This document shows, one piece after another, positions 9,947 to 22,011 of a stretch of DNA of 64,000 bases. The DNA is taken from NCBI GenBank assembly GCA_963740865.1, contig CAVUGH010000009.1, positions 62,003 to 126,002 of the forward strand, in the 5' to 3' direction. Position 1 is the first letter of the stretch, and every line of letters begins with the position of its first letter. The position numbers and the translations under genes were made by a program. The notes beneath the pieces are model-generated. The model saw only the letters and a list, made by a program, of their open reading frames with translations, had not been told where the DNA came from and did no database searches. The DNA comes from an uncultured Actinomycetota bacterium. Its GTDB lineage: Bacteria; Actinomycetota; Actinomycetes; Actinomycetales; Dermatophilaceae.

Positions 9947-10197
9947 GGGGCGGCGTCACCCTCGGCTTCGGGTGAGTCGTCGAGGCCACGGTCGTCCGAA
10001 TCCATGGTGTTGGGCACGGACTCGCCGTCCGGCTCCACCTGGTAGTCCCCCTTGACCTCGTCCCACGCATCGACCTTGTCCTGGTCGACCTCGATCTCGA
10101 CGGTGGAAGGCTCTTCGGCGTGCGTCTGCTCGGCCGAGGACTCCTCGACCTCGGCGTCGGCGATCTCGCCGGGAACCGAACTGCTGGGCTCGCTCAT
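9937..10197 (-). CDS. Small acidic hypothetical protein
   Basis: 86 aa, D/E-rich; GGAG SD before ATG. Confidence 0.65.
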   Translation of the reverse strand: MSEPSSSVPGEIADAEVEESSAEQTHAEEPSTVEIEVDQDKVDAWDEVKGDYQVEPDGESVPNTMDSDDRGLDDSPEAEGDAAPSE

Positions 10198-10435
10198 GGT
10201 GCTCCGTTCGTGGTGGGTAGCTCCTTCCTAGTGCCGCCCGTCGGTGAGCGCACCTCGGAGCCGTCCTCCCGGGGCGGAATCGGCCCCAGGGGCCGATCGC
10301 GACGAGAAATGGCCACGCGGAATACCTCCGGTAGAGTGGGGGACCGCCGGCGCGGGTGATAACCCGCTCAAAACTGTGAATGCCCAGATGGGCTGCGCCG
10401 GGTCCGCAAACCACACTCTCAACGGAGAAATTGCC

Positions 10436-11887
10436 ATGTCCATTGACACCATGCCGTTTGACTACCGGGTTGCCGACCTGAGCCTCGCCGAGGCCGGCCG
10501 TCACCAGATTCGCCTGGCCGAGCACGAGATGCCCGGTCTGATGTCCCTGCGCGAGGAGTTCGGGGCGGCCCAGCCGCTCAAGGGCGCCCGCATCGCCGGC
10601 TCGCTGCACATGACCGTGCAGACTGCCGTGCTCATCGAGACGCTGACCGCGCTGGGTGCCGAGGTCCGCTGGGCCTCCTGCAACATCTACTCCACCCAGG
10701 ACGAGGCTGCCGCTGCGGTTGCCGTCGGGCCGCACGGCTCGGTCGACGACCTCCAGGGTGTCCCCGTCTTCGCCTGGAAGGGCGAGACGCTCACCGAGTA
10801 CTGGGAGTGCACCGAGCAGATCCTCACCTGGCCCGGTGGCGAGGGCGCCAACATGATCCTCGACGACGGTGGTGACGCCACGATGCTCGTCCACAAGGGT
10901 CGCGCCTGGGAGGCGGCCGGGCAGGTGCCCCCCACCGACAACACGGACTCCGAGGAGGTCGGGGTCTTCAAGGACCTGGTCCGCAAGACGCTCGCCGCCG
11001 ACCCGACCAAGTGGACCAAGGTCTCCGAGGAGATCAAGGGTGTCACCGAGGAGACCACGACCGGCGTGCTCCGCCTCTACGAGCTGGCCCGCGCCGGGGA
11101 GCTCCTGTTCCCCGCGATCAACGTCAACGACTCGGTCACCAAGTCCAAGTTCGACAACAAGTACGGCTGCCGCCACTCCGTCATCGACGGCCTCAACCGC
11201 GCGACCGACGTGCTCATCGCCGGCAAGGTCGTCGTCGTCTGCGGTTACGGCGACGTCGGCAAGGGCTGCGCCGAGGCGCTGCGCGGGCAGGGCGCGCGCG
11301 TCATCGTCACCGAGATCGACCCGATCTGCGCGCTGCAGGCCGCCATGGAGGGCTACCAGGTCGCCCGCCTCGAGAGCGTGCTGGACATCGCCGACATCTA
11401 CGTCACCACGACCGGCAACTTCAACATCATCACCGCCGAGCACATGACGCAGATGAAGAACAAGGCGATCGTCGCCAACATCGGCCACTTCGACAACGAG
11501 ATCGACATCGCCGGCCTCGCCAAGGTCGGCGGGATCGCCAAGACCGAGATCAAGCCGCAGGTCCACGAGTGGACCTTCGAGGACGGCACCAGCATCATCG
11601 TGCTGTCCGAGGGTCGCCTGTTCAACCTCGGCAACGCCACCGGCCACCCCAGCTTCGTCATGTCGAACTCCTTCGCCAACCAGACGATCGCCCAGATCGA
11701 GCTGTTCACGAAGAACGACGACTACGACAAGCAGGTCTACGTCCTCCCGAAGCACCTCGACGAGAAGGTCGCCCGGCTCCACCTCGACGCCATCGGTGTC
11801 GAGCTCACCGAGCTCACCAAGGCGCAGGCCGAGTACATCGGCGTCGACGTGGCGGGCCCGTACAAGTCGGACCACTACCGCTACTGA
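10436..11887 (+). CDS. ahcY: Adenosylhomocysteinase
   Basis: [34 protein letters not shown] and GHPSFVMS motifs. Confidence 0.98.
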   Translation: MSIDTMPFDYRVADLSLAEAGRHQIRLAEHEMPGLMSLREEFGAAQPLKGARIAGSLHMTVQTAVLIETLTALGAEVRWASCNIYSTQDEAAAAVAVGPHGSVDDLQGVPVFAWKGETLTEYWECTEQILTWPGGEGANMILDDGGDATMLVHKGRAWEAAGQVPPTDNTDSEEVGVFKDLVRKTLAADPTKWTKVSEEIKGVTEETTTGVLRLYELARAGELLFPAINVNDSVTKSKFDNKYGCRHSVIDGLNRATDVLIAGKVVVVCGYGDVGKGCAEALRGQGARVIVTEIDPICALQAAMEGYQVARLESVLDIADIYVTTTGNFNIITAEHMTQMKNKAIVANIGHFDNEIDIAGLAKVGGIAKTEIKPQVHEWTFEDGTSIIVLSEGRLFNLGNATGHPSFVMSNSFANQTIAQIELFTKNDDYDKQVYVLPKHLDEKVARLHLDAIGVELTELTKAQAEYIGVDVAGPYKSDHYRY

Positions 11888-11930
11888 GCCGACGACCGCA
11901 CCGGCGGTTCGGCCCGCCACACACCACCTC

Positions 11931-11965
11931 GTATGCCGCCCGCTCACCATGAGCGGGCGGCATAC
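11931..11965 (+). terminator. Hairpin terminator after ahcY, built from an inverted pair of GTATGCCG motifs
   Basis: gtatgccgcccgctca-cca-tgagcgggcggcatac, 16-bp stem. Confidence 0.7.
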
Positions 11966-12063
11966 CCCGTTGTGGGTTGCGTGGGCTTCCGGCGCCGCGC
12001 GCGTTCGGTGTGTGATGATTCGGGAGGGAATCTTTACTCACTGCTGGGAGAGGGCTGACGCAG

Positions 12064-12741
12064 GTGAACGGTCGCGTACTCATCGTCGATGACGATCTGG
12101 CGCTGGCGGAGATGCTCGGCATCGTCCTGCGCAACGAAGGGCTCGAGGTCTCGCACGTCGCCGACGGGGCCGGCGCCCTGGGCGCCTTCCGGGACAGCCG
12201 CCCCGACCTGGTCCTCCTCGACGTCATGCTGCCAGGGCTGGACGGTATGGAGGTCTGCCGTCGGATCCGGGCCGAGTCCGGGGTCCCGATCGTCATGCTC
12301 ACGGCACGCACCGACACGGTCGACGTCGTGGTGGGGCTCGAGTCGGGCGCCGACGACTATGTCGTGAAGCCGTTCAAGCCGCAGGAGCTCATCGCCCGCA
12401 TCCGGGCGCGGCTTCGTCGCGGCGACGAGCCCGAGCCCGAGCGCCTGGAGATCGGTGACCTCGTCATCGACGTCGCCGGCCACTCGGTCAAGCGCGACAG
12501 CACCGCGCTGTCGCTGACGCCGCTCGAGTTCGACCTCCTGGTCGCGCTGGCCCGCAAGCCGTGGCAGGTGTTCACCCGTGAGGTCCTCCTCGAGCAGGTG
12601 TGGGGCTACCGCCACGCCGGCGACACCCGACTGGTCAACGTCCACGTGCAGCGGCTGCGCTCCAAGATCGAGCACGACCCCGAGCACCCAGAGATCGTCG
12701 TGACGGTACGCGGCGTCGGCTACAAGGCCGGCCCGAACTAG
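12064..12741 (+). CDS. mtrA: Two-component response regulator MtrA
   Basis: OmpR family; DTRLVNVHVQRLRSKIEHDPEHP; synteny with mtrB-lpqB. Confidence 0.95.
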   Translation: MNGRVLIVDDDLALAEMLGIVLRNEGLEVSHVADGAGALGAFRDSRPDLVLLDVMLPGLDGMEVCRRIRAESGVPIVMLTARTDTVDVVVGLESGADDYVVKPFKPQELIARIRARLRRGDEPEPERLEIGDLVIDVAGHSVKRDSTALSLTPLEFDLLVALARKPWQVFTREVLLEQVWGYRHAGDTRLVNVHVQRLRSKIEHDPEHPEIVVTVRGVGYKAGPN

Positions 12742-12743
12742 CC

Positions 12744-14531
12744 ATGTCCGAGTCGGCCCGTCCGAGGCCTGGTCGGACGCCGACACCGCGGTTCTCCGAC
12801 CACCGCGCCCAGGGCGTGCGCGCCGTGCGCACCTTCCTCGGGCACTCGCGGCGCCGGCTCGTCGGCTGGATGCGGTCGCTGGCCCACCTGTGGCGGGCCT
12901 CCCTGCAGTTCCGCGTCGTGACCTCCACGATGCTGCTCGGCCTGGCTGTCGTGCTGCTCCTGGGTTCCTACCTCTTCTCGGCCATCTCCGACGGGCTCGA
13001 GCAGGACCGCATCGAGTCGGCCAAGGTGGAGGCCGCCCGGCTGACGTCGGAGGTGCAGAGCAGCTTCGACCAGAGTGACCGCACGAGCAGCGAGGGTGAC
13101 CTCAACCTCCTGGCTCAACAGGCTGTGCAGAGCGCCGCCTCCCCGGGCGGCGACAACGAGCGCTACCTCGTGCTCACCCGAAGCCTCGCCAACACCTCCA
13201 ACACCGTCGTGCAGACGACCTCCAGCGGAGACATCGGCCTGCCGGCCGTTCCCCTGGCCCTGCGTGAGGCCGTGCGAGCCGACTCGCGCAGGCAACAGGT
13301 GACGCTCATCGGCATCACCGACCCGGGGGGCGGCGGAAACGTGCCCGCCGTCATCGTCGGCTCCCAGGTCGAGCCGCCGCTCGCCGGGAGCTACGACCTG
13401 TATGCCGTGTTCCCGATGCAGCGTGAACAGGCCACCCTCGACCTGATCACCCGCACCTTCCTGATCGGCGGTCTGGCGCTGGTGTTCCTCGTCGGTGTCA
13501 TCGCCTGGGTCGTGACGCGTCAGGTCGTCAACCCGGTCCGTCGTGCAGCGGTGGTGGCCGAGCGGCTGTCCTCGGGGCGGCTCAACGAGCGCATGCGGGC
13601 TCGCGGCGAGGACGACCTGGCCCGCCTCGCGAAGTCGTTCAACGAGATGGCCGACAGCCTGCAGACCCAGATCCGCCAGCTGGAGGGACTGTCGCGCGTC
13701 CAGCAGCGTTTCGTCTCCGACGTCTCGCACGAGCTGCGCACGCCCCTGACCACCATCCGGATGGCAGCCGACCTCATCCACGACTCCCGCACGGGCTTCG
13801 ACCCCGCGGTCTCGCGCTCGGCCGAGCTGCTGCACAACGAGCTCGACAGGTTCGAGGAGCTGCTGGCCGACCTGCTCGAGATCAGCCGCTTCGACGCCGG
13901 AGCGGCGGCGCTCGACTCCGACCTCACCGACCTGCGCGCGACGGTCGCGCGAGCCGTGCACTCGGCCCAGCCCATCGCGGACCGGTGGGGCAGCACGATC
14001 ACCGTCGCCTCGGACGGCCCCTGCGACGCCGAGGTCGACGCCCGCCGGGTCGAACGCATCCTGCGCAACCTCGTCGTCAACGCCCTCGAGCACGGGGAGG
14101 GCCGGCCGGTGGAGATCGCCATCGCCGTGAACGCCACGGCCGCCGCGGTCACCGTGCGCGACCACGGCGTCGGCCTGCGACCGGGCGAGGGCGCCCTCGT
14201 CTTCAACCGCTTCTGGCGTGCCGATCCCGCCCGTGCCCGCACCACCGGCGGCACCGGGCTGGGACTGGCCATCTCGCTGGAGGATGCGCGGCTGCACGAC
14301 GGCTGGCTCCAGGCGTGGGGCGAACCGGGGGAGGGGTCGTGCTTCCGGCTGACCCTGCCGCGGTACGCAGGCACCCCGATCGCCGAGGCACCGCTGCCCC
14401 TTCGGCCGGGCGACGCCCCCGAACCGCAGCGGGATCCGGTGGCACCCCTCGGCTTCACGGAGCAGGGCGGCCCTTCGCACCGCGTGGCGACCACGCGGCA
14501 TACGCCCTCCGCGCCGGGGAGCCCCCGATGA
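12744..14531 (+). CDS. mtrB: Sensor histidine kinase MtrB
   Basis: HAMP, FVSDVSHELRTPLTT, FWRADPARARTTGGTGLGL. Confidence 0.95.
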   Translation: MSESARPRPGRTPTPRFSDHRAQGVRAVRTFLGHSRRRLVGWMRSLAHLWRASLQFRVVTSTMLLGLAVVLLLGSYLFSAISDGLEQDRIESAKVEAARLTSEVQSSFDQSDRTSSEGDLNLLAQQAVQSAASPGGDNERYLVLTRSLANTSNTVVQTTSSGDIGLPAVPLALREAVRADSRRQQVTLIGITDPGGGGNVPAVIVGSQVEPPLAGSYDLYAVFPMQREQATLDLITRTFLIGGLALVFLVGVIAWVVTRQVVNPVRRAAVVAERLSSGRLNERMRARGEDDLARLAKSFNEMADSLQTQIRQLEGLSRVQQRFVSDVSHELRTPLTTIRMAADLIHDSRTGFDPAVSRSAELLHNELDRFEELLADLLEISRFDAGAAALDSDLTDLRATVARAVHSAQPIADRWGSTITVASDGPCDAEVDARRVERILRNLVVNALEHGEGRPVEIAIAVNATAAAVTVRDHGVGLRPGEGALVFNRFWRADPARARTTGGTGLGLAISLEDARLHDGWLQAWGEPGEGSCFRLTLPRYAGTPIAEAPLPLRPGDAPEPQRDPVAPLGFTEQGGPSHRVATTRHTPSAPGSPR

Positions 14532-16300
14532 GGCGGCGGCGCCGGTATGCCGTGAGCCTGGCCGTGGGCGGCCTGCTCGCCGTGAGCGCGTGCTCGGGCC
14601 TATCGACCAGCTCGGCGATCCAGCCGGGGCTGGAGGTCGGCTCGGTGCAGGAGAACGAGGTGCGGGTCGAGGTCAACCCGGTGGCACCGGGGTCCTCCCA
14701 GCAGGAGGTGGTCCAGGGCTTCATCAGGGCGGCAGCAGCCAGCGACGACCAGTACCAGGCGGCCCGGTCCTACCTCGGGAGCGGTCCGCAGGGCACCTGG
14801 CGGCCCTACTCCTCCGTCGTCGTCTTCGGCTCCGAGTCCGAGCTCACCTTCACGTCAGCCTCCGCCACCAGCGTCACGGCGGTCGCCAACGCCATCGCGC
14901 GGATCGACGGGACGGGCCGCTACGAGGAGCTGCCGCCCAACTCGAAGGTCCAGGTGACGTTCGGGCTGGATCGCAGCAGCGGTGAGTGGCGGATCAGCAC
15001 GATGCCGGACACCTTCGGCACCTGGCTGAGCCGAGCCGACCTCGACCGGTTGTACGACCCGTTCCGCATCTACTACGTCTCTGCCGGGGACCACCGACTG
15101 GTGCCGGACGTCCGCTGGCTGCCGCTGGGCACCGGACTCGCGACCCGGTTGGCCAGGTCGCTGCTCACCGGCGTGCCGGACTACCTCAAGGGAGCGGTCC
15201 GCACCGACATCCCCGCCGGGACACAGCTGGCTGTCGACGCCGTCACGATCGAGTCGGGGACCGCCAAGGTCGACCTGGCGGCCACCCGGCTGGGCAACGA
15301 CCCCGGCCAGCGGCAGAACCTCGGCGCCCAGTTCCTGGCGACCGTGACCCAGGCACCCGGTGTCGAGCGGGTCGCACTCCGGCTCGAGGGTGCCAACCTG
15401 CAGATGCCCAACGGGGAGAGCACCGTCGAGTCGCTCTCCGCCCTGGGCTTCGCGACTCCCTCCGACCCCGTCGTGAAACCCCTGCTTCGAGTGGGGACGG
15501 CCTTGGTGCCCGTCAACCCCGATGACGTCGGCGACTCGGTCGAGCGCACCCCGCCACCGGAGTCGGCCACCCTCCCGGTGGTCCAGCCCGGGTGGGCCTA
15601 CCTCGCGATGTCCCGCAACGGCCAGGAGGTCGCCGCGGTGGGTGGCGACCGCGCCCAGCTGGTGCGGTGGCGCGGCACCACCCAGGTGCAGCTCACCTCG
15701 CCGGGAACGCGGCTGACGCGGCCGACCTACGACCGCGAGGACGTCCTCTGGGTGGCCGGCCGCAGCGGCGCGGCGACGAAGATCTGGACCATCAACGCTG
15801 CCGCAGACCCGCGAGAGACGACCAAGAGCGCACCTCAGGTCGTGGCCGCCGAGTGGTTGACCGACCGCTCGGTGCTGAGCCTGCGGCTCTCGCCGGACGG
15901 GCAGCGCATCGCGGTCATCACGACCAACCGGGACGGCAAGGACCCCCGCGTCGAGGTCGCCGGGGTGGTGCGGCAGCCGAACGGCCTGCCCGCCTCGCTA
16001 TCGGTGCCGCTTCGGCTGGCACCGACCCTGACCCTGGCCCGCGACCTGGTGTGGGTGGACGATGCCACCCTGGCGGTCCTTGGCCGGCTGACCCCCGCAC
16101 AGGTGGTCCGACCGTGGCTGGTGCCCTTGGGTGGTTCGATCGCCGCGGGCCCGGAAATTGCTGGGGCACAAGCGATTACGACGGTCAACGGCGAGCGGGG
16201 ACTGGTCGTGACGACGGACAAGCACCAGGTGTCGATCCGGGCCGGCAGCAGGTGGCAGCGGGTGGGTGAGGGCACCGACCTGCTCGTCGCTGCGCGCTGA
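14528..16300 (+). CDS. lpqB: Lipoprotein LpqB (GerMN + beta-propeller)
   Basis: Lipobox VSAC, LVPDVRW and SPDGQR motifs; follows mtrB. Confidence 0.9.
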   Translation: MRRRRRYAVSLAVGGLLAVSACSGLSTSSAIQPGLEVGSVQENEVRVEVNPVAPGSSQQEVVQGFIRAAAASDDQYQAARSYLGSGPQGTWRPYSSVVVFGSESELTFTSASATSVTAVANAIARIDGTGRYEELPPNSKVQVTFGLDRSSGEWRISTMPDTFGTWLSRADLDRLYDPFRIYYVSAGDHRLVPDVRWLPLGTGLATRLARSLLTGVPDYLKGAVRTDIPAGTQLAVDAVTIESGTAKVDLAATRLGNDPGQRQNLGAQFLATVTQAPGVERVALRLEGANLQMPNGESTVESLSALGFATPSDPVVKPLLRVGTALVPVNPDDVGDSVERTPPPESATLPVVQPGWAYLAMSRNGQEVAAVGGDRAQLVRWRGTTQVQLTSPGTRLTRPTYDREDVLWVAGRSGAATKIWTINAAADPRETTKSAPQVVAAEWLTDRSVLSLRLSPDGQRIAVITTNRDGKDPRVEVAGVVRQPNGLPASLSVPLRLAPTLTLARDLVWVDDATLAVLGRLTPAQVVRPWLVPLGGSIAAGPEIAGAQAITTVNGERGLVVTTDKHQVSIRAGSRWQRVGEGTDLLVAAR

Positions 16301-16520
16301 CCCGCTGGCGGCACCCGCTTCTATCGCCGATCGCCATTTTCGTCTGCCGGTTTCGACCGCATCCACCGTTCGGCTGATCTCCAGTCCGACCATCAGCCAG
16401 TCGCGTTGGACCCCAACAGCCGATGTGCCGGTAGGGCCCGGAACGGCAGTGTCTACCTCGGCGCAGTACCGCAGTGGTCTGAGCCGCGGGAAAACTCAGC
16501 CTTTGAAAGGGATAACCAAA

Positions 16521-16685
16521 ATGCTCAAGACCCTCGTGAAGTTCCAGAACCGTGACGAGCGCGGCGCCACCGCCGTCGAGTACGGCCTCATGGTCGCCCT
16601 CATTGCCGTCGTCATCATCGCTGCCGTCACGCTCCTCGGCAACAACCTGAACACCATGTTCAACGCGATCGCCGCCGCGATCTGA
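16521..16685 (+). CDS. flp: Flp family type IVc pilin (54 aa)
   Basis: DERG|ATAVEYGLMVALIAVVII Flp motif; GAAAGG SD. Confidence 0.95.
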   Translation: MLKTLVKFQNRDERGATAVEYGLMVALIAVVIIAAVTLLGNNLNTMFNAIAAAI

Positions 16686-16742
16686 TCCAGCTCCACATCC
16701 GACCTGACCCCATTCCTTCGCAGTCACGAAAGGCTGTTTTCG

Positions 16743-16961
16743 ATGAACATCTCGATGATCCGGGGAACGGCAGGTCGCAACCGCCTCACCACGAGGCAGG
16801 CGTCGTGGCTCCGCGCTCACACCAGTGAGCGCGGAGCCACCGCCGTGGAGTACGGCCTGATGGTCGGACTCATCGCCGTCGTCATCATCGGCGGCGTCAC
16901 ACTCTTCGGACAGGGCGTCAACGCCCTGTTCTTCATCCCCGCCGGGGTGTTCGGGGGATGA
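16743..16961 (+). CDS. flp: Second Flp family pilin
   Basis: SERG|ATAVEYGLMVGLIAVVII; GAAAGG SD. Confidence 0.92.
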   Translation: MNISMIRGTAGRNRLTTRQASWLRAHTSERGATAVEYGLMVGLIAVVIIGGVTLFGQGVNALFFIPAGVFGG

Positions 16962-17368
16962 GCCGCACCCGCCGCGAGCGGGGTGCCGCGGCCGTCGAGA
17001 TGGCGATCATCCTCCCCCTGCTCCTGCTCGTCATCGGTGGCCTGGTCGACTTCGGCCGGGCCTACTACCTCAATGTGACCGCCACGAGCGCGGCTCGCGA
17101 GGGCGCCCGGATGGTCGCGATGGGCTACACCACGGCCCAGGCCAATGCGCGCGTGACGGCAGCCATGCCGACCAACATCGCGTTCACCACGGCCTACGTC
17201 GCCTGCCCGAACGCCTCGGAGACCGGGTCCGCCACGGTGACCATCACCAACGGTGCGGGGGCCACCCAGTTCCACTGGATGGTCCTCAACGTCATGCCCT
17301 CCTTCTTCGGAGGGTCCGTCCCTGTCCCGACCCTGAGCAGCAAGGGGAGCATGCGATGCAACGGCTAG
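16958..17368 (+). CDS. tadE: TadE-like pseudopilin
   Basis: RERG|AAAVEMAIILPLLLL...DFG...AAREGAR. Confidence 0.9.
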   Translation: MSRTRRERGAAAVEMAIILPLLLLVIGGLVDFGRAYYLNVTATSAAREGARMVAMGYTTAQANARVTAAMPTNIAFTTAYVACPNASETGSATVTITNGAGATQFHWMVLNVMPSFFGGSVPVPTLSSKGSMRCNG

Positions 17369-18603
17369 GAGTGTTCATGCGTCTCCACCGCCAGGCGGAG
17401 CGCGGGGCTGCGGCGACCATCGTCGCGGTCCTGCTCGGTGGCGGCGTGGTCATGGGCTTCGCTGCCCTCTCGATGGATGTCGGCAACCTGATGTGGGAGC
17501 GCCGCCAGCTGCAGAACGGCGCGGACGCTTCCGCCCTCGCGATGGCCCGCAACTGCGCGATCGACCCCACGAAGTGCGTCGCCAGCTCCGCCCTCAACGG
17601 AGCCAACCTCGCGACGCTCAACGACGCGAACGCCAAGGACACCCAGAACGGCTTCGACCCGGTCTACGTCAACGGACTGTGCGGGCGCGCCAACCTCCTC
17701 CCCGCGTGCAGCGCTGGCAACACCGCAGACCTCAAGGCCTGCCCGGCGCTGCCGGCCAGCATGGCCGCCAACGCCAACATCCCCTACGTCGAGGTGCACA
17801 CCCAGACGCGCAGGGCCGGCGCCTCGATCCTGCCCACCTGGCTCTTCAAGACCCTCACCGGGGGCAGCACGGGCACCACCGTCAAGGCGTGTGCGCGGGC
17901 GGCCTACGGCCAGCCCGGGACCACCGTGGCGAGTGCGCCGATCACCTTCTCGATGTGCGAGTGGCGACAGAACACTGCCAGCGGCCTCTCCTACGTGACG
18001 AACGACCCGGCCGGGGTTCCCGGCTACGGCGCGGCCCCGCTGCCCCCGTGGCCGGCCGCCGCCACGACGCCGGCCACTCCGGGGCGCGAGATCATCATCA
18101 CCCTCCAGGGCGGACCTCATTCGCCCAGCCCTTGCTACAACTGGCAGGGACACGACGTGCCCGGTGGTTTCGGCTACCTCACCGCGAACGGCTGCAACGC
18201 CACGGTGCAGCAGGACAACTGGATCAAGGTCGACACCGGCAACAGCTCGCCATGCGACCTCGCGCCGTTCGTGGGCAGGGTCATCTACCTCCCCGTCTTC
18301 GACTGCACCATCAACAGCGGCAGCACGCCATCCGGGCCACCCCCGGCCGTGTGCAACGCGGGCAACGGCGCCAACACCTGGTACCACATCTCGGGCTGGG
18401 CGAAGTTCTACCTGAGCGGCTACAAGACCGGCGGCTCGCAGCAGGCCGCGAGCCTGGTCAGCGGCAACGTGCCCTGCAACGGCGGTGACCGCTGCATCTC
18501 TGGCTGGTTCCTCGAGGGAGTCCTCCGCGACGCCCCGGTGGCCGGACCCGCAACACCTGGATCTCCGAACTATGGCGGCTACGCCGTCCAACCCGCTGGA
18601 TAA
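17356..18603 (+). CDS. tadG: TadG-like pilus protein with Cys-rich C-terminal domain
   Basis: ERG|AAATIVA...DVG...RRQLQNGADASALA; start may be ATG 17377. Confidence 0.85.
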   Translation: MQRLGVFMRLHRQAERGAAATIVAVLLGGGVVMGFAALSMDVGNLMWERRQLQNGADASALAMARNCAIDPTKCVASSALNGANLATLNDANAKDTQNGFDPVYVNGLCGRANLLPACSAGNTADLKACPALPASMAANANIPYVEVHTQTRRAGASILPTWLFKTLTGGSTGTTVKACARAAYGQPGTTVASAPITFSMCEWRQNTASGLSYVTNDPAGVPGYGAAPLPPWPAAATTPATPGREIIITLQGGPHSPSPCYNWQGHDVPGGFGYLTANGCNATVQQDNWIKVDTGNSSPCDLAPFVGRVIYLPVFDCTINSGSTPSGPPPAVCNAGNGANTWYHISGWAKFYLSGYKTGGSQQAASLVSGNVPCNGGDRCISGWFLEGVLRDAPVAGPATPGSPNYGGYAVQPAG

Positions 18604-18618
18604 AGGAAGTCACCTGTC

Positions 18619-19440
18619 ATGGGACGCAGAATCATCGCCATCTTCGCCGCAGCGGTCATCGCTCTGGTCGGTGTCGCCTCCGTTCTCCTCTACGCCCGCG
18701 GGGCTGACGCCCGCGCGGTCGAGGCGCAGACCCCCGTGGTCGTCTATGTCGCCAAGGAGAAGGTCACGGCCGGCACGGTCCTCAAGGACGCGGTGCGTGA
18801 CGGGCTCGTCGAACGGACCAAGGTTGCCGCAGCCGGACGCCCGGCTGGCGCGCTGACGTCCATCACCGACAGCAACAGCTCGTTGCTGGCGATGACCGAC
18901 ATCCAGCCCGGCGAGTACCTCCAGTCGGCGCGGTTCGGCACCACGCCGACCGGCACCAAGGCCATCGAGGTCCCGGCAGGCATGGTGGCGATCTCCGTCC
19001 AGCTCACCGACCCGGCCCGCGTCGGCACCTTCGTGACGCCCGGCTCGCACATCGCCATCTACGACTCGTTCAAGATCAAGTCGATGGGCACCGACGAGAA
19101 GTCGAAGGCCATCAACAACGCCGACGTGCGTGCCACCAACCTCCTGCTCGGTGACGTCCTGGTCATCGCGATGGGCGAGAGCGCGCTCACGCCCGGTGCG
19201 GGCGCGGAGCAGACCGACGACGACGCCAAGAAGTCGTCCACCGCCTCGGCCAGCAACGCGCCCCAGTTCCTGGTGACCGTGGCCGTGTCGCCCGCCGACG
19301 CGGTGCGCCTCGTGCACGGCATCCAGAACCTCGACCTCTATGCCGGTCTGCTGGGTTCCGACCTCACCAAGGCCAAGCTGGAGCAGGGTGGCATCGTCAG
19401 CGACCTCAACATGAGCGACCTCTCGGGTGCATTGAAGTGA
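18619..19440 (+). CDS. cpaB: Flp pilus assembly protein CpaB/RcpC
   Basis: N-terminal TM, SAF-like region, VPAGMVAISV...VGTFVTPG. Confidence 0.88.
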   Translation: MGRRIIAIFAAAVIALVGVASVLLYARGADARAVEAQTPVVVYVAKEKVTAGTVLKDAVRDGLVERTKVAAAGRPAGALTSITDSNSSLLAMTDIQPGEYLQSARFGTTPTGTKAIEVPAGMVAISVQLTDPARVGTFVTPGSHIAIYDSFKIKSMGTDEKSKAINNADVRATNLLLGDVLVIAMGESALTPGAGAEQTDDDAKKSSTASASNAPQFLVTVAVSPADAVRLVHGIQNLDLYAGLLGSDLTKAKLEQGGIVSDLNMSDLSGALK

Positions 19441-20638
19441 CCCTGCTCTGGGACAACGACCCAGCTTCGACCGAGCGTTACGTCTTCGCCGTCGGCGGCG
19501 ACCTGACGCGGGTCGACAACGCCGTCGCGGTGACGCGAGCCCTCAGCGAGGCGCCGCACGAGGTCATGGTCATCGTCGGCCCCGACGTCGACCCCCAGGC
19601 TGCGTTCGACCTGTCCGAGCTCTGCCGGGTCGAGCGGCCCGAGGTGGGCATCCTGCTGCTGCGCCGCCGGGTCGACGTCACCGTCCTCGGCGCCGCGCTG
19701 CGGGCCGGCATGCGCGAGGTGCTCGGAGCGGACGACCTCACCGGGCTCGCCGACGCGGTGCGCCGCAGCCGTGAGGTGTCGGCCAAGGTCGCCGGTCACG
19801 GTGGTGACTTCTCGTCGCACAAGGAGGGCAAGGTCGTCACGGTCTTCTCCGCCAAGGGCGGCGTCGGCAAGACCACCTTCTCGACCAACATCGGTGCCTA
19901 CCTGGCCTCCACCGGCGCGTCCGTGCTCGTCGTCGACCTCGACCTCGCGTTCGGCGACGTGGGCATCAGCCTGCAGCTGCTGCCCAACAACTCGATCGCC
20001 GACCTCGTCGGCATGGCCGGTCACCTCGACGCCCAGGGCCTGGAGTCCATCATCGTCCGCCACGAGAGCGGGCTGCACGCCGCCTGCGCTCCGGCCGAGC
20101 CCAGCGACGCGGACCGGATCCCCGGCAGCGTCATCGGCGAGATGCTGCGGGTGGCCAAGCGCTCCTACGACTTCATCGTCGTCGACACCCCGCCCGCGTT
20201 CACCGAGCACGTCCTGGCTGCCTTCGACGCCAGTGACATCCTGATCCTGATCGCGACCCTCGACATCCCGGCGGTCAAGAACCTCCGGCTGACCCTCGAC
20301 ACCCTGGACCTGCTCGGCAACTCGCGGGAGAGCCGCACCGTCGTCCTCAACCGCTCCGACGCCAAGGTCGGCCTGCGCGCCGAGGACGTCGTGTCCGCCA
20401 TCAAGACCGACATCGCCGTCATGGTGCCCAGCAGCCCCGCGGTCCCGGCCTCGGTCAACCGTGGCGTGGCCCTCGTCCTCGACGAGCCCAAGCACCCCGT
20501 CAGCGTGGCCATCCGCCAGCTCGCCGACACCTACATCCGTCCGCTCGGCGAGCAGCTCGAAGGCGACGCAGGCACCGAGGACACCCGCCGCGACGGCCGT
20601 CGCGGCGACCGCAAGATCCTTTCGTGGGGGAGTAAGAA

Positions 20639-20642
<4 letters not shown>
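19437..20642 (+). CDS. cpaE: Pilus assembly protein CpaE/TadZ (receiver-like + ParA/MinD ATPase)
   Basis: SAKGGVGKTT, VDLDLAFGD and VDTPP motifs. Confidence 0.88.
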
Positions 20643-22006
<1,364 letters not shown>

Positions 22007-22011
22007 CCCCG

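Noticed and set aside
10198-10435. Canonical SAH or SAM-IV riboswitch upstream of ahcY
   Set aside because: The conserved GAGGAGCGCTGC...CCAGGCTC...GCGCTC core and SAM-IV features are not found
9956-11950. 664-aa minus-strand ORF
   Set aside because: Antisense shadow of ahcY
16301-16520. c-di-GMP or c-di-AMP riboswitch before flp
   Set aside because: No GEMM-I/II or ydaO consensus elements are visible
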